Assembly: GCA_046292385.1 (NCBI GenBank)
Contig: JBKBRF010000004.1
Location: forward strand, 32,001 to 96,000
DNA from: Armatimonadota bacterium
GTDB taxonomy: Bacteria; Armatimonadota; SYMT01
DNA length: 64,000 nt
Direction: 5' to 3'
Shown here: piece after piece, positions 42,091 to 53,662 of the stretch
Position numbering within the stretch: the stretch's first letter is position 1
Layout of the letters: each line of letters starts with the position of its first letter
Made by a program: the position numbers and the translations under genes
Notes under the pieces: generated by a model
Seen by the model: the letters and a program-made list of their open reading frames with translations, nothing else
Database searches by the model: none
What the model was told of the DNA's origin: nothing

Positions 42091-43134
42091 CTACAAGAAG
42101 AGACTTAAGAGAGTAGCACAAGCCTCCTCAGCTTGCTCCTTGGTTTTCTCTGCTACCTGTGCGTTCTGTACAACGCCACGGATCCTCTGCAGCGCCTCAT
42201 AAACCGGCCTCTGTTGCCCAAGCCACTTCAGCGCCATACTGACATCATCAAATGCATGAAGCTTTCCGATGACTCCGGCCATGAACCCTTCGACTTCGAA
42301 CATCGACACCACTACAGCTCTCCCAGCGAGTGGCGCTCCGCCGCTCGCTAGAATATGAGCGAGCCTTAATTCTAGCTCCTGATACGCAGCCAGGATTTCA
42401 GTTATCGGAACCTGCCCGCTCGGGTCAACTTTTAAGGTTGGGGCGTTGTCCGCGTAAACATACCAATTTGACCCATGTCGAGCCGGATCTTGGCTTACGA
42501 AGCGCCCCGTCACCGGGTCATAGTACCGCGCCCGCATGTAGATGAGACCCGTCTCATCCTCGCTCGGATGTCCCAACTGCCCTACGAACTTGTGCTTCGG
42601 ACCGCTCCCGCCGGTGCTGGCACGCACGGCTCCATACACATCGTACTTCCGCGTCGAGGCGACGTTCCCCGATCCGTCAACGGTTCCGAGGACGGAGCCA
42701 AGGCCATCGTACAGGTACCAGACCGGTGCGTTGCTCCCGTTGCGCTCGTACTCGGGGCCACGGGCACCGTGCAGATAGGTCTTGTCCACGTTGCCGTTCA
42801 GCTTCGTGCGGACCACTGACTGGTCGTCCAGCAGATAGTCCGTCGTGTTCGCGCCCTGGACCGTACGCCGGCGCAGGCCGTCCGCGCCGTAGGTGTGCGT
42901 CGTCGTGGTGCCGTTGTAGACCACCTGCGTCAACCGGTTCTGCCCGTCCCACGTGTTGCTGCGCCCGCCACCGGTCAGCGTGTTGCCGTTCAGGTCGTTG
43001 GTGTAGCTGCCGCCGTTGCGGCTTAGCAGCATGTTCGCGTTGTTGTAGGTGTAGGTGTCGTTCCCGTTCGCGCTGTCGGTCTTCGTGAGCCGGTTGCCCA
43101 TCGGGTCGAACGTGTAACACTGCGTCCCTTGCAC
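42091..43134 (-). CDS. Orphan Rhs core fragment with C-terminal toxin domain 2
   Basis: YD repeats; YMRARYYDPVTGRFVSQDP...PTLKVDPSG followed by a unique ~107-aa helical tip; lacks the Rhs N-terminus. Confidence 0.85.
   Translation of the reverse strand: MQGTQCYTFDPMGNRLTKTDSANGNDTYTYNNANMLLSRNGGSYTNDLNGNTLTGGGRSNTWDGQNRLTQVVYNGTTTTHTYGADGLRRRTVQGANTTDYLLDDQSVVRTKLNGNVDKTYLHGARGPEYERNGSNAPVWYLYDGLGSVLGTVDGSGNVASTRKYDVYGAVRASTGGSGPKHKFVGQLGHPSEDETGLIYMRARYYDPVTGRFVSQDPARHGSNWYVYADNAPTLKVDPSGQVPITEILAAYQELELRLAHILASGGAPLAGRAVVVSMFEVEGFMAGVIGKLHAFDDVSMALKWLGQQRPVYEALQRIRGVVQNAQVAEKTKEQAEEACATLLSLFL
42776..43116. repeat. 341-bp identical direct repeat of Rhs core (copy at 44436-44776)
   Basis: Line-by-line identity at offset 1660. 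Confidence 0.92.
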
Positions 43135-43229
43135 CCTCTACTACCCTCTGAACCTGCTATGACTGCCGGTTTTCCGGTTCAACCAGGTGCAGTTCTTCTC
43201 GCGATGCGATTCGGATCCTATAGAAGTGC

Positions 43230-43715
43230 CTATTTGCCTCGGCCTCTCCGTCCTTTGGGGGAACTCGAACGTTGAATCTCTGCCTGCTGAATGCAGCCAC
43301 GGATGTCAAAGGGATCAGGACAGCCGGTGAACTCTTTGAGACGAATCATCCCGCAATCGCCGCGATCAATCCTCCAGGTAAACGGCTCGATGAACACTGT
43401 GCGTCCGTGTTGACGAGTCAACACGCGGTTGACTGGCTCAAAGGGAAGAGGGATCCGTCCATCTAGTATTTCCATACCCACTGTGGTGCGGAGGGTGTCG
43501 CGCAAAAAGGTCAGCTCCTCCGGGGTCAGGAGTTCCTTCACCACCTGTTCCGCCTGAAGTCGCTCATCTACGCTCAACAAACCGTAGTTCCGAATCAAGT
43601 GAGAATAGGCTGCGGTTGGAAGACCCCTGCCGAACCGAAACCAACTAACCAGTGCAGGGGCTTCTCCGGCCTGAATGAGTAATCCGGTGGGGCTGAACAA
43701 CGTTGTCGAGATCAT
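43230..43715 (-). CDS. Putative immunity protein for Rhs-CT1
   Basis: ATGA overlap with the Rhs1 stop at 43712-43715; lower GC. Confidence 0.65.
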   Translation of the reverse strand: MISTTLFSPTGLLIQAGEAPALVSWFRFGRGLPTAAYSHLIRNYGLLSVDERLQAEQVVKELLTPEELTFLRDTLRTTVGMEILDGRIPLPFEPVNRVLTRQHGRTVFIEPFTWRIDRGDCGMIRLKEFTGCPDPFDIRGCIQQAEIQRSSSPKGRRGRGK

Positions 43716-45418
43716 AGCAGCCAGTACACCCATCCGATCGGTCCGTTGGACTGGGCTATAGCTGCTGTTCCCCCCATGGCCTCGATGAAGCCAGCCAGTT
43801 TCACCATTAGCGCCTCACCTTCTGCTGATCCGGCAATTCCACCGATGTTGATCTGCTGAATGCCCTGCCCTCGAGCCCAAGCTCTAATTACGGTGAACAT
43901 GGTCCGAAACCCAATGCGTCCTGTAGACGCCGCGCGAATCGTGTGAACCTCCCATATCACTGCATCCCCCACTCGGACACCAGATACCGACAACTCCGCA
44001 AGTCCGGGAATTGTCGTGCCCTCTATAGACACGGCTCCATTCATTCCCGTAGTGATGGATGGGATAGATTCCTTTCCGGTTCGATCGTAGTAAGTAATCG
44101 GGTTGGGGGTTGCGTACGTGAACCAGTTGGTACCATGTCGAGCCGGGTCCTCGCTTGCAAATCCACCCGTCACCGGATCATAGTACCGCGCCCGCATGTA
44201 GATGAGACCCGTCTCATCCTCGCTCGGATGTCCCAACTGCCCCACGAACTTGTGCTTGCTCCCGTTGCTGCCGGTGAAGCTCCGCACGACGCCGTACACA
44301 TCATACTTGCGCATGCTCGTGAAGGTGCCGCTGCTGTCGGTAATGCCAAGCACGCTACCGAGACCGTCGTAGACATACCAACCCGGCGAATTGGTACCGG
44401 TGCGCTCGTACTCCGGACCGCGGGCTCCATGGAGGTAGGTCTTGTCCACGTTGCCGTTCAGCTTCGTGCGGACCACTGACTGGTCGTCCAGCAGATAGTC
44501 CGTCGTGTTCGCGCCCTGGACCGTACGCCGGCGCAGGCCGTCCGCGCCGTAGGTGTGCGTCGTCGTGGTGCCGTTGTAGACCACCTGCGTCAACCGGTTC
44601 TGCCCGTCCCACGTGTTGCTGCGCCCGCCACCGGTCAGCGTGTTGCCGTTCAGGTCGTTGGTGTAGCTGCCGCCGTTGCGGCTTAGCAGCATGTTCGCGT
44701 TGTTGTAGGTGTAGGTGTCGTTCCCGTTCGCGCTGTCGGTCTTCGTGAGCCGGTTGCCCATCGGGTCGAACGTGTACCCCTGCGTCTGGCCGTCGCCGTA
44801 GTTCACGCTGGTGAGCCGGGAGAGGGCGTCGTAGCCGTACTGCTCCGTGCGGATCACGCCGTTCTGGTCGGAGAGCTGGTTCGTCAGCCGGTTCCCCGCG
44901 TGGTCGTAGGTGTAGTCGTTCTGCACCAGCACGCTACTCTGCGCGTAGCCGTACTGGTTTAGCCAGTTCCAGGTGTTCTTCACCTGCCGCGTCCAGCCGT
45001 GTCCGAAGCCGCTCTGGTTCACGTCGAAGTAGTATCGGCAGTCCTGGTACGACGTGAGCGTCCCGCCGCTGTTGAACGCCTGGTTGGTGCGCGCCAGGTG
45101 CAGCCGGCCGAAGTGATCGAAGTAGTAGTTGCAGATTCGGCCCTGGTCGTCGGTCACCTTCTCCAGGATGCGGCCCAGGCTGTTCGGATCGTCCCGCGGC
45201 ATGGCGGCGGTGTACGGCTGGTAGGTGTAGGTCCAGGTGGCGCTACCCGGCAGCGTCATGGTGAGCCGCTGGCCGGAGATCCCGTAGGTGTAGCCGACCG
45301 CACCCGTCACCGGGTCGGTCACGCTGCTCACGCGGTCGCTCCCGCTCTCGTAGGCGAGGGTGGTGGTACCGCGGCCGTCGGTCACCTGCTCGGTGAAGCC
45401 GTCTCGTCCGATCAGCAC
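43712..45418 (-). CDS. 5'-truncated Rhs/YD-repeat protein with C-terminal toxin domain 1
   Basis: YD repeats; YMRARYYDPVTGGFASEDP...NPITYYDRTG followed by a ~120-aa unique tip; begins mid-repeat with no signal peptide. Confidence 0.88.
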   Translation of the reverse strand: MLIGRDGFTEQVTDGRGTTTLAYESGSDRVSSVTDPVTGAVGYTYGISGQRLTMTLPGSATWTYTYQPYTAAMPRDDPNSLGRILEKVTDDQGRICNYYFDHFGRLHLARTNQAFNSGGTLTSYQDCRYYFDVNQSGFGHGWTRQVKNTWNWLNQYGYAQSSVLVQNDYTYDHAGNRLTNQLSDQNGVIRTEQYGYDALSRLTSVNYGDGQTQGYTFDPMGNRLTKTDSANGNDTYTYNNANMLLSRNGGSYTNDLNGNTLTGGGRSNTWDGQNRLTQVVYNGTTTTHTYGADGLRRRTVQGANTTDYLLDDQSVVRTKLNGNVDKTYLHGARGPEYERTGTNSPGWYVYDGLGSVLGITDSSGTFTSMRKYDVYGVVRSFTGSNGSKHKFVGQLGHPSEDETGLIYMRARYYDPVTGGFASEDPARHGTNWFTYATPNPITYYDRTGKESIPSITTGMNGAVSIEGTTIPGLAELSVSGVRVGDAVIWEVHTIRAASTGRIGFRTMFTVIRAWARGQGIQQINIGGIAGSAEGEALMVKLAGFIEAMGGTAAIAQSNGPIGWVYWLL

Positions 45419-45427
45419 CGCCGCTAA

Positions 45428-45465
45428 TTACCAGAGCGCCAGCGCCACGCCGCCCCATCTCCAGC
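45428..45465 (-). repeat. Direct repeat copy B: remnant of a C39 gene 3' end (WRWGGVALALW*)
   Basis: Matches 40409-40444 and includes the stop codon. Confidence 0.85.
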
Positions 45466-45564
45466 ACCGCCTGCGTCGGGTTGCCCGGTCCCCGCGAGGG
45501 CAGCTTCGCCGGTGAGAAGCATCGCGCTGGCCGGTCGTCCGCCGGGCGGGGAAGTGCCGTCTCG

Positions 45565-49095
<3,531 letters not shown>

Positions 49096-49126
49096 CGTGA
49101 AGAGTGCCTATCCGCAGCAATGGCTA

Positions 49127-49960
49127 CTACTGCAATGTTCGGTCGCTTGCCACGGGGAGCACGTACTCCGCCGCAGAGCTCAGCGCCGCTCGCTCCAGGG
49201 GCTCCGGCAGCGGCTGCTCGCGGAACCGGATTCCCGCCGCCGCGAAGCCGCTCAACAGCGCCGCGGCGGCAGCATCGGGGTGGGGGGGAGCGCCCAGAAG
49301 GTCGGCCAGGGTGACCAGGCGGCCCGGCTCGCCGAACAGCGCGCTCCAGGCGCCGCGGTCGGCGTCCAGGAGCAGGCTGCCGTGCTGCAGCAGCGCGCCG
49401 TCTCGCCGCACCTGGGCGCTGCCGACCAGCTTGCCCTCCGGCACCAGCGTGTCGCACTCTCCCGGCAGCGCGAAGCAGTTCGCCGCGCGGGCGCGGCCTC
49501 CGCACGTGCCGGGGGCGGGGCTCTCCGCCGCGGCACTGCCCAGCAGCCGGCGCAGCCCGGCGTTGAGGCAGCCCACCAACACGGCATAGCTGGTGCGCAC
49601 GCCCGCGTTCTGCAGCACCGAGGGGGGCAGAACGAGGCTGTAGGTCAGCTCCCGGTCATGGAGCACCGCGCGGCCGCCGGTGGGGCGGCGCACCAGCTCC
49701 CACCCCCGCGCCGAGGCTGCCGCCAGCGCGATGCCGTCCGGCCTCTGGAAGCGACCGAGCGAGACCGCCGGCGGCGACCAGCCGTAGAAGCGGAGCGTGG
49801 GCGGAATCGCCTCGGCGGCGGCGGCGGAGAGCAGCGCCGCGTCGAGCGCCATGTTGTAGGCGCCGGCGGCGTGGTCGGTACGCAGCACTTCCCACCGCAC
49901 GGCGCAGAGCCGCTCGCGCAGCGCCGCCGCGGGATCAGTGGCCAGAGAGCCCGGCCTCAT
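49127..49960 (-). CDS. Lipoate-protein ligase / LipM-like octanoyltransferase
   Basis: NMALDAALL, LRFYGW, RRPTGGRAVLH, KLVGSAQ, LQHGS; adjacent to gcvH. Confidence 0.9.
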   Translation of the reverse strand: MRPGSLATDPAAALRERLCAVRWEVLRTDHAAGAYNMALDAALLSAAAAEAIPPTLRFYGWSPPAVSLGRFQRPDGIALAAASARGWELVRRPTGGRAVLHDRELTYSLVLPPSVLQNAGVRTSYAVLVGCLNAGLRRLLGSAAAESPAPGTCGGRARAANCFALPGECDTLVPEGKLVGSAQVRRDGALLQHGSLLLDADRGAWSALFGEPGRLVTLADLLGAPPHPDAAAAALLSGFAAAGIRFREQPLPEPLERAALSSAAEYVLPVASDRTLQ

Positions 49961-50318
49961 AGGTGGCCGCGTCCATCAGGGCGTCGGCTTCGGACGGGTT
50001 GCTCATGCGGAGCACCAGCATCCAGCCGGTGTCGTACGGGGAGTTGTTGATCCCCTCCGGCGCGTCCTGCAGCTCCGTGTTGACCCGCACCACCTCGCCG
50101 GAGAGCGGCGCGTAGAGGTCGGAGACCGCCTTCACCGACTCAACCGTCCCGAACGCGGCGCCGGTCTGAAGCGTGCGGCCGACCGTGGGAAGGTCGAGAT
50201 AGACCACGTCGCCCAGCTCGTGCTGCGCGAAGTCGGTGATGCCGATCGTCGCCTCGTCGCCGTCGACGCGGACCCACTCGTGCGAAGACGTGTACCGTAG
50301 GTTCGTGGGAAAGTTCAT
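49935..50318 (-). CDS. gcvH: Glycine cleavage system H protein
   Basis: YTSSHEW, GITDFAQ..LGDVVY, VESVKAVSD (lipoyl Lys), NNSPY..GW. Confidence 0.96.
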   Translation of the reverse strand: MNFPTNLRYTSSHEWVRVDGDEATIGITDFAQHELGDVVYLDLPTVGRTLQTGAAFGTVESVKAVSDLYAPLSGEVVRVNTELQDAPEGINNSPYDTGWMLVLRMSNPSEADALMDAATYEAGLSGH

Positions 50319-50385
50319 GGCAGGTGTGACCGGGTCAATGGCGCCAGGCGCCGGAGCTTTGCGAATTCTATCTCGCCGGAGAGCT

Positions 50386-51090
50386 TTACGCCTCCCCGAG
50401 GTAGGCCTTGCGGACCTCCGGGTTGTGAAGCAGCGACTGCCCGGTATCGGAGAGCACGATCTCGCCCGTCTCCAGCACGTAGCCGCGGTGGGCCGCGGCG
50501 AGCGCCATGTGGGCATTCTGCTCTACCAGCAGGATCGTGGTGCCGGCGGCGTTGATCTCCCGGATAATCTTGAAGATCTCCTGCACCATGAACGGCGCCA
50601 GGCCGAGCGACGGCTCGTCCAGCAGCAGCACCCGGGGCCGGCCCATCAGGGCGCGCCCGATCGCCAGCATCTGCTGCTCTCCGCCGGAGAGCGTGCCGGC
50701 GGACTGCTTTGCGCGCTCCTTCAGCCGGGGAAAGGTCTGGAAGATGCGGTCCATGTCGCTGCGGACCTCGCGATCGGCGCGCGTGTAGGCCCCCATCTCC
50801 AGGTTCTCGGTCACGGAGAGATTGGGGAAGATCCGGCGCCCCTCCGGGACGTGGCAGAGGCCCATCCGGACGATCTTCTCCGGCGCCAGGCGGCTGATCT
50901 CCTGGCCCTCGAAGCGGACGCTCCCCTCGCGCGGACGCAGCAGCGCCGAGACCGTGCGGAGCGTCGTGCTCTTCCCGGCCCCGTTCGCCCCGATGAGCGT
51001 CACCACTTCCCCCGCCTCAACGGAGAGCGTGATCCCCTTCAACGCGTGGATGGCGCCGTAGTAGACGTGTAGGTTGCTGATCTCGAGCAT
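50386..51090 (-). CDS. livF: Branched-chain amino acid ABC ATP-binding protein
   Basis: GANGAGKST, VPEGRRIF, LSGGEQQMLAIGRALM, LVEQN. Confidence 0.95.
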   Translation of the reverse strand: MLEISNLHVYYGAIHALKGITLSVEAGEVVTLIGANGAGKSTTLRTVSALLRPREGSVRFEGQEISRLAPEKIVRMGLCHVPEGRRIFPNLSVTENLEMGAYTRADREVRSDMDRIFQTFPRLKERAKQSAGTLSGGEQQMLAIGRALMGRPRVLLLDEPSLGLAPFMVQEIFKIIREINAAGTTILLVEQNAHMALAAAHRGYVLETGEIVLSDTGQSLLHNPEVRKAYLGEA

Positions 51091-51093
51091 GTT

Positions 51094-51212
51094 CTAGGGT
51101 CTAGGGGATAGGGTCCAGGAGTTAGGGGCTGGCGGTGCGGCTTCGCCGCGATTCCATCACTACGGGGCCGAGGGTTCGGACTAGACCCTATACCCTACCC
51201 CCTAGACCCTGG
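51094..51212. repeat. Inverted element with heptamer (TAGGGTC-like) arms filling the livG-livF spacer
   Basis: CTAGGGTCTAGGGGATAGGGTCCAGG ... CTAGACCCTATACCCTACCCCCTAGACCCTGG. Confidence 0.8.
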
Positions 51213-51217
51213 ATCGA

Positions 51218-51982
51218 TCAGACCGGCTCTCCCAGGTAAGCTTCGATCACCTTCGGGTTGTGGCGGACCTCTTCCGGGGAGCCCTGGGCGATGATCTCGC
51301 CGTAATCGAGCACGTAGATCCGCTCGCAGATGCTCATCACCACCTGCATGTCATGCTCGATCAGCAGGACGGCGACTTCGAACTCGTCGCGCACCCGGCG
51401 GATCAGGTGCATCAACTCGTCCTTCTCCTGCGGGTTCATGCCGGCGGCGGGCTCGTCGAGCAGCAGCACCTTCGGCTGGGTGGCGAGTGCGCGCGCGATC
51501 TCCAGACGCCGCTGCTCCCCATAGGGGAGACCGTTCGACTGCCACTGCGCGAACTTCTCCAGCCCGAACAGCTCCAGCAAGCGGTACGCCCTCTGGGTCA
51601 TCTCGCGCTCGCTGTGGTAGTGTCGCCCCGTGCGCCAGATGTTGTCCCACAGCGTCCCCTGCGTCCGGACGTGGCAGGCGATCCGCACGTTGTCGAGCAC
51701 GGAGAGGTTGGGGAAGAGGCGGATGTTCTGAAACGTGCGCGCGATTCCCCGCTGCGCGATCACGGCCGGGGAACGACCGGCCACGTTCACCCCGCCGAGC
51801 AGCACCTTGCCGGAGGTCGGCTCGTAGACCCCCGTGATCAGGTTGAACACGGTCGTCTTGCCGGCCCCGTTCGGTCCAATCAGGCCGATCAGCGCGTTCT
51901 CCCCCAGCGACAGGGAGACCTCGTTGACCGCCTTCAACCCACCGAAGACCTTGGTGCAGTTCTCGAGCTGGAGTAGGGACAT
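51218..51982 (-). CDS. livG: Branched-chain amino acid ABC ATP-binding protein
   Basis: [39 protein letters not shown]. Confidence 0.95.
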   Translation of the reverse strand: MSLLQLENCTKVFGGLKAVNEVSLSLGENALIGLIGPNGAGKTTVFNLITGVYEPTSGKVLLGGVNVAGRSPAVIAQRGIARTFQNIRLFPNLSVLDNVRIACHVRTQGTLWDNIWRTGRHYHSEREMTQRAYRLLELFGLEKFAQWQSNGLPYGEQRRLEIARALATQPKVLLLDEPAAGMNPQEKDELMHLIRRVRDEFEVAVLLIEHDMQVVMSICERIYVLDYGEIIAQGSPEEVRHNPKVIEAYLGEPV

Positions 51983-51988
51983 TCTTTA

Positions 51989-52070
51989 AAGGCAGAAGGC
52001 AGAAGGCAGAAGGCAGAAGGCAGAAGGCAGAAGGCAGAAGGCAGAAGGCAGAAGGCAGAAGGCAGAAGGC
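51989..52070. repeat. Perfect tandem heptamer (AAGGCAG) x11 + AAGGC
   Basis: Read directly; more degenerate units at about 52095-52122 after a CCCCCC-GAAC-GGGGGG hairpin. Confidence 0.95.
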
Positions 52071-52184
52071 TAAATATTTACCCCCCGAACGGGGGGCAGA
52101 AGGCAGAAGGCTGAAGGCAGAGGTAGGACACGGGTGGATTAGGCAACCGCTCCACTGGGCCGAAGTGCAATGCTCCGAGTTCTG

Positions 52185-52234
52185 AGCCCGCGCAGGCGGG
52201 CTTCGCTTTGTGTAGCCTCGACTTCAGTCCGAGG
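52185..52234. repeat. REP-like element
   Basis: AGCCCGC-GCAG-GCGGGCT hairpin followed by GTAG-CCTCG-ACTTCAGTC-CGAGG (GTAG + stem). Confidence 0.6.
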
Positions 52235-52273
52235 CGGGCGGGCATTCCTCTCGCTGCGATCGGCACCGGCTGA

Positions 52274-53662
52274 TTACCCCACAAAGTCGCGGATCACCTT
52301 TCCCTCCACCGGCCCCAGGTCGAGGCCCAGCAGGTGCGCGAGGGTGGGGGCGACGTCGAGGTTGCGTGCCCGCTCCACGCGCGCGCCGCGCCGGATGCCG
52401 GCGCCGGCTGCCACGCAAATGCCGTCCATCCTGGGATTCGTGTGCAGGTAGCCGTGAGAGCCGGTGGCGCGCTCCTGGCTGACCACTTCCGCCCCGGTTG
52501 TCGCGTTTCCGAACGCGAACCCGTCTTTGGCGGCGAGCACGAAGTCCGGCGCCTGCGGGCTCCGGCTCGGCTGGGGGAGCCCCAGCTCGTCGTAGCCGGA
52601 CGGATCGACGATCCGCTCCACTCCTTCCAGGCCGTTCAGCGCGGCGCGGGTCTTCTCCACCAGCTCCGGCCGGAGGAGCCGGTCGGGGACGTAGACGAGT
52701 GCCACGCCGCCCTCGGAGAGCGACTGCGCCGCGTACTCCAGGCGACCGCCTTCGCCGACCCGGATCAGGCCTGCCTCGCGCAGGCGGACGTTCGGCTGGA
52801 TCTGGCGGGTCACGCGGATGAAGCCGTGGTCCGCGACCACGAAGACCGCCGTCTCGTCCTTCAGCCCGGACTCGCCGACCGCCCGCAGCACGTCTCCGAC
52901 CTGGCGGTCGGCCAGGGCGAGCGCGGTGTAGGCCTCGTTGGTATTGGGGCCGTGCGCGTGCTGGGTACCGTCGGTGTTGAGCAGGTGGAGCAGCAGCACG
53001 TTCGGCCGGTGCTTGCGGATCAGGTGGACGGCGGCGTCGGTCCAGATCTGGTCCCGCGTGACCGAGCCGACCCGGTTCAGCGCGTCCTCGCCCTCGCCCA
53101 GGATCTTGAGCGCGCGCAGCTCCTGGAGAAGCTGCGGCGTGGAGTGGGTGAGCGGCTCCGGGTGGTCCGGGATCGAGAAATCGAGCGTGGCCGCCCCCCG
53201 CGTCACCGGCCAGTTCACCTCCGCGGTGCGGAGACCCGCCACCTTTGCGACGTCGTAAAGGGTCGGCACCCGGCAGAGCTCCTCCTTGGAGCGGCGCGGG
53301 TTGATGGCGTACGGCGTGGGACCGGTGCCGGTCTCGATCAGTCCGTTCGCGAGCACGCCGTGCCGGGCCGGTGTCACGCCGGTTACCAGCGTGGTGTGGT
53401 CCGGCCAGGTGACGGACGGCGTGATCACCGTCAGGCGGTCGGCGCGGGCGCCCTCTTCGGCGAGCCGGCGCAGGTTCGGGAGCGGCAGTCGCGGGTCATC
53501 CAGGTAATCGGCCGCAAAGCCGTCCAGGCTGATCAGCACCACGTGCTTCGCCCGAGCCGGGCCGATCCGCTGGGCGGCAGCGTGCCGGCCCAGGAGGGCG
53601 GTGCCGGCAGCGGCGCCGGCGAGCTGAAGCAGGGTTCTTCGGTTCATGGCCTTCGTCCTCAC
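52274..53662 (-). CDS. Tat-exported alkaline phosphatase superfamily nucleotide pyrophosphatase/phosphodiesterase
   Basis: NRRTLL Tat motif; ISLDG, PSVTWPDHTTLVTG (catalytic Thr), DGTQHAHG, ADHG, GSHGY. Confidence 0.9.
   Translation of the reverse strand: MRTKAMNRRTLLQLAGAAAGTALLGRHAAAQRIGPARAKHVVLISLDGFAADYLDDPRLPLPNLRRLAEEGARADRLTVITPSVTWPDHTTLVTGVTPARHGVLANGLIETGTGPTPYAINPRRSKEELCRVPTLYDVAKVAGLRTAEVNWPVTRGAATLDFSIPDHPEPLTHSTPQLLQELRALKILGEGEDALNRVGSVTRDQIWTDAAVHLIRKHRPNVLLLHLLNTDGTQHAHGPNTNEAYTALALADRQVGDVLRAVGESGLKDETAVFVVADHGFIRVTRQIQPNVRLREAGLIRVGEGGRLEYAAQSLSEGGVALVYVPDRLLRPELVEKTRAALNGLEGVERIVDPSGYDELGLPQPSRSPQAPDFVLAAKDGFAFGNATTGAEVVSQERATGSHGYLHTNPRMDGICVAAGAGIRRGARVERARNLDVAPTLAHLLGLDLGPVEGKVIRDFVG

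Noticed and set aside
40400..45470. Integrative element with att sites
   Set aside because: No integrase, transposase or tRNA target; the repeats are coding-sequence ends.
51989..52125. Possible CRISPR array
   Set aside because: Contiguous 7-mers with no spacers and no cas genes.
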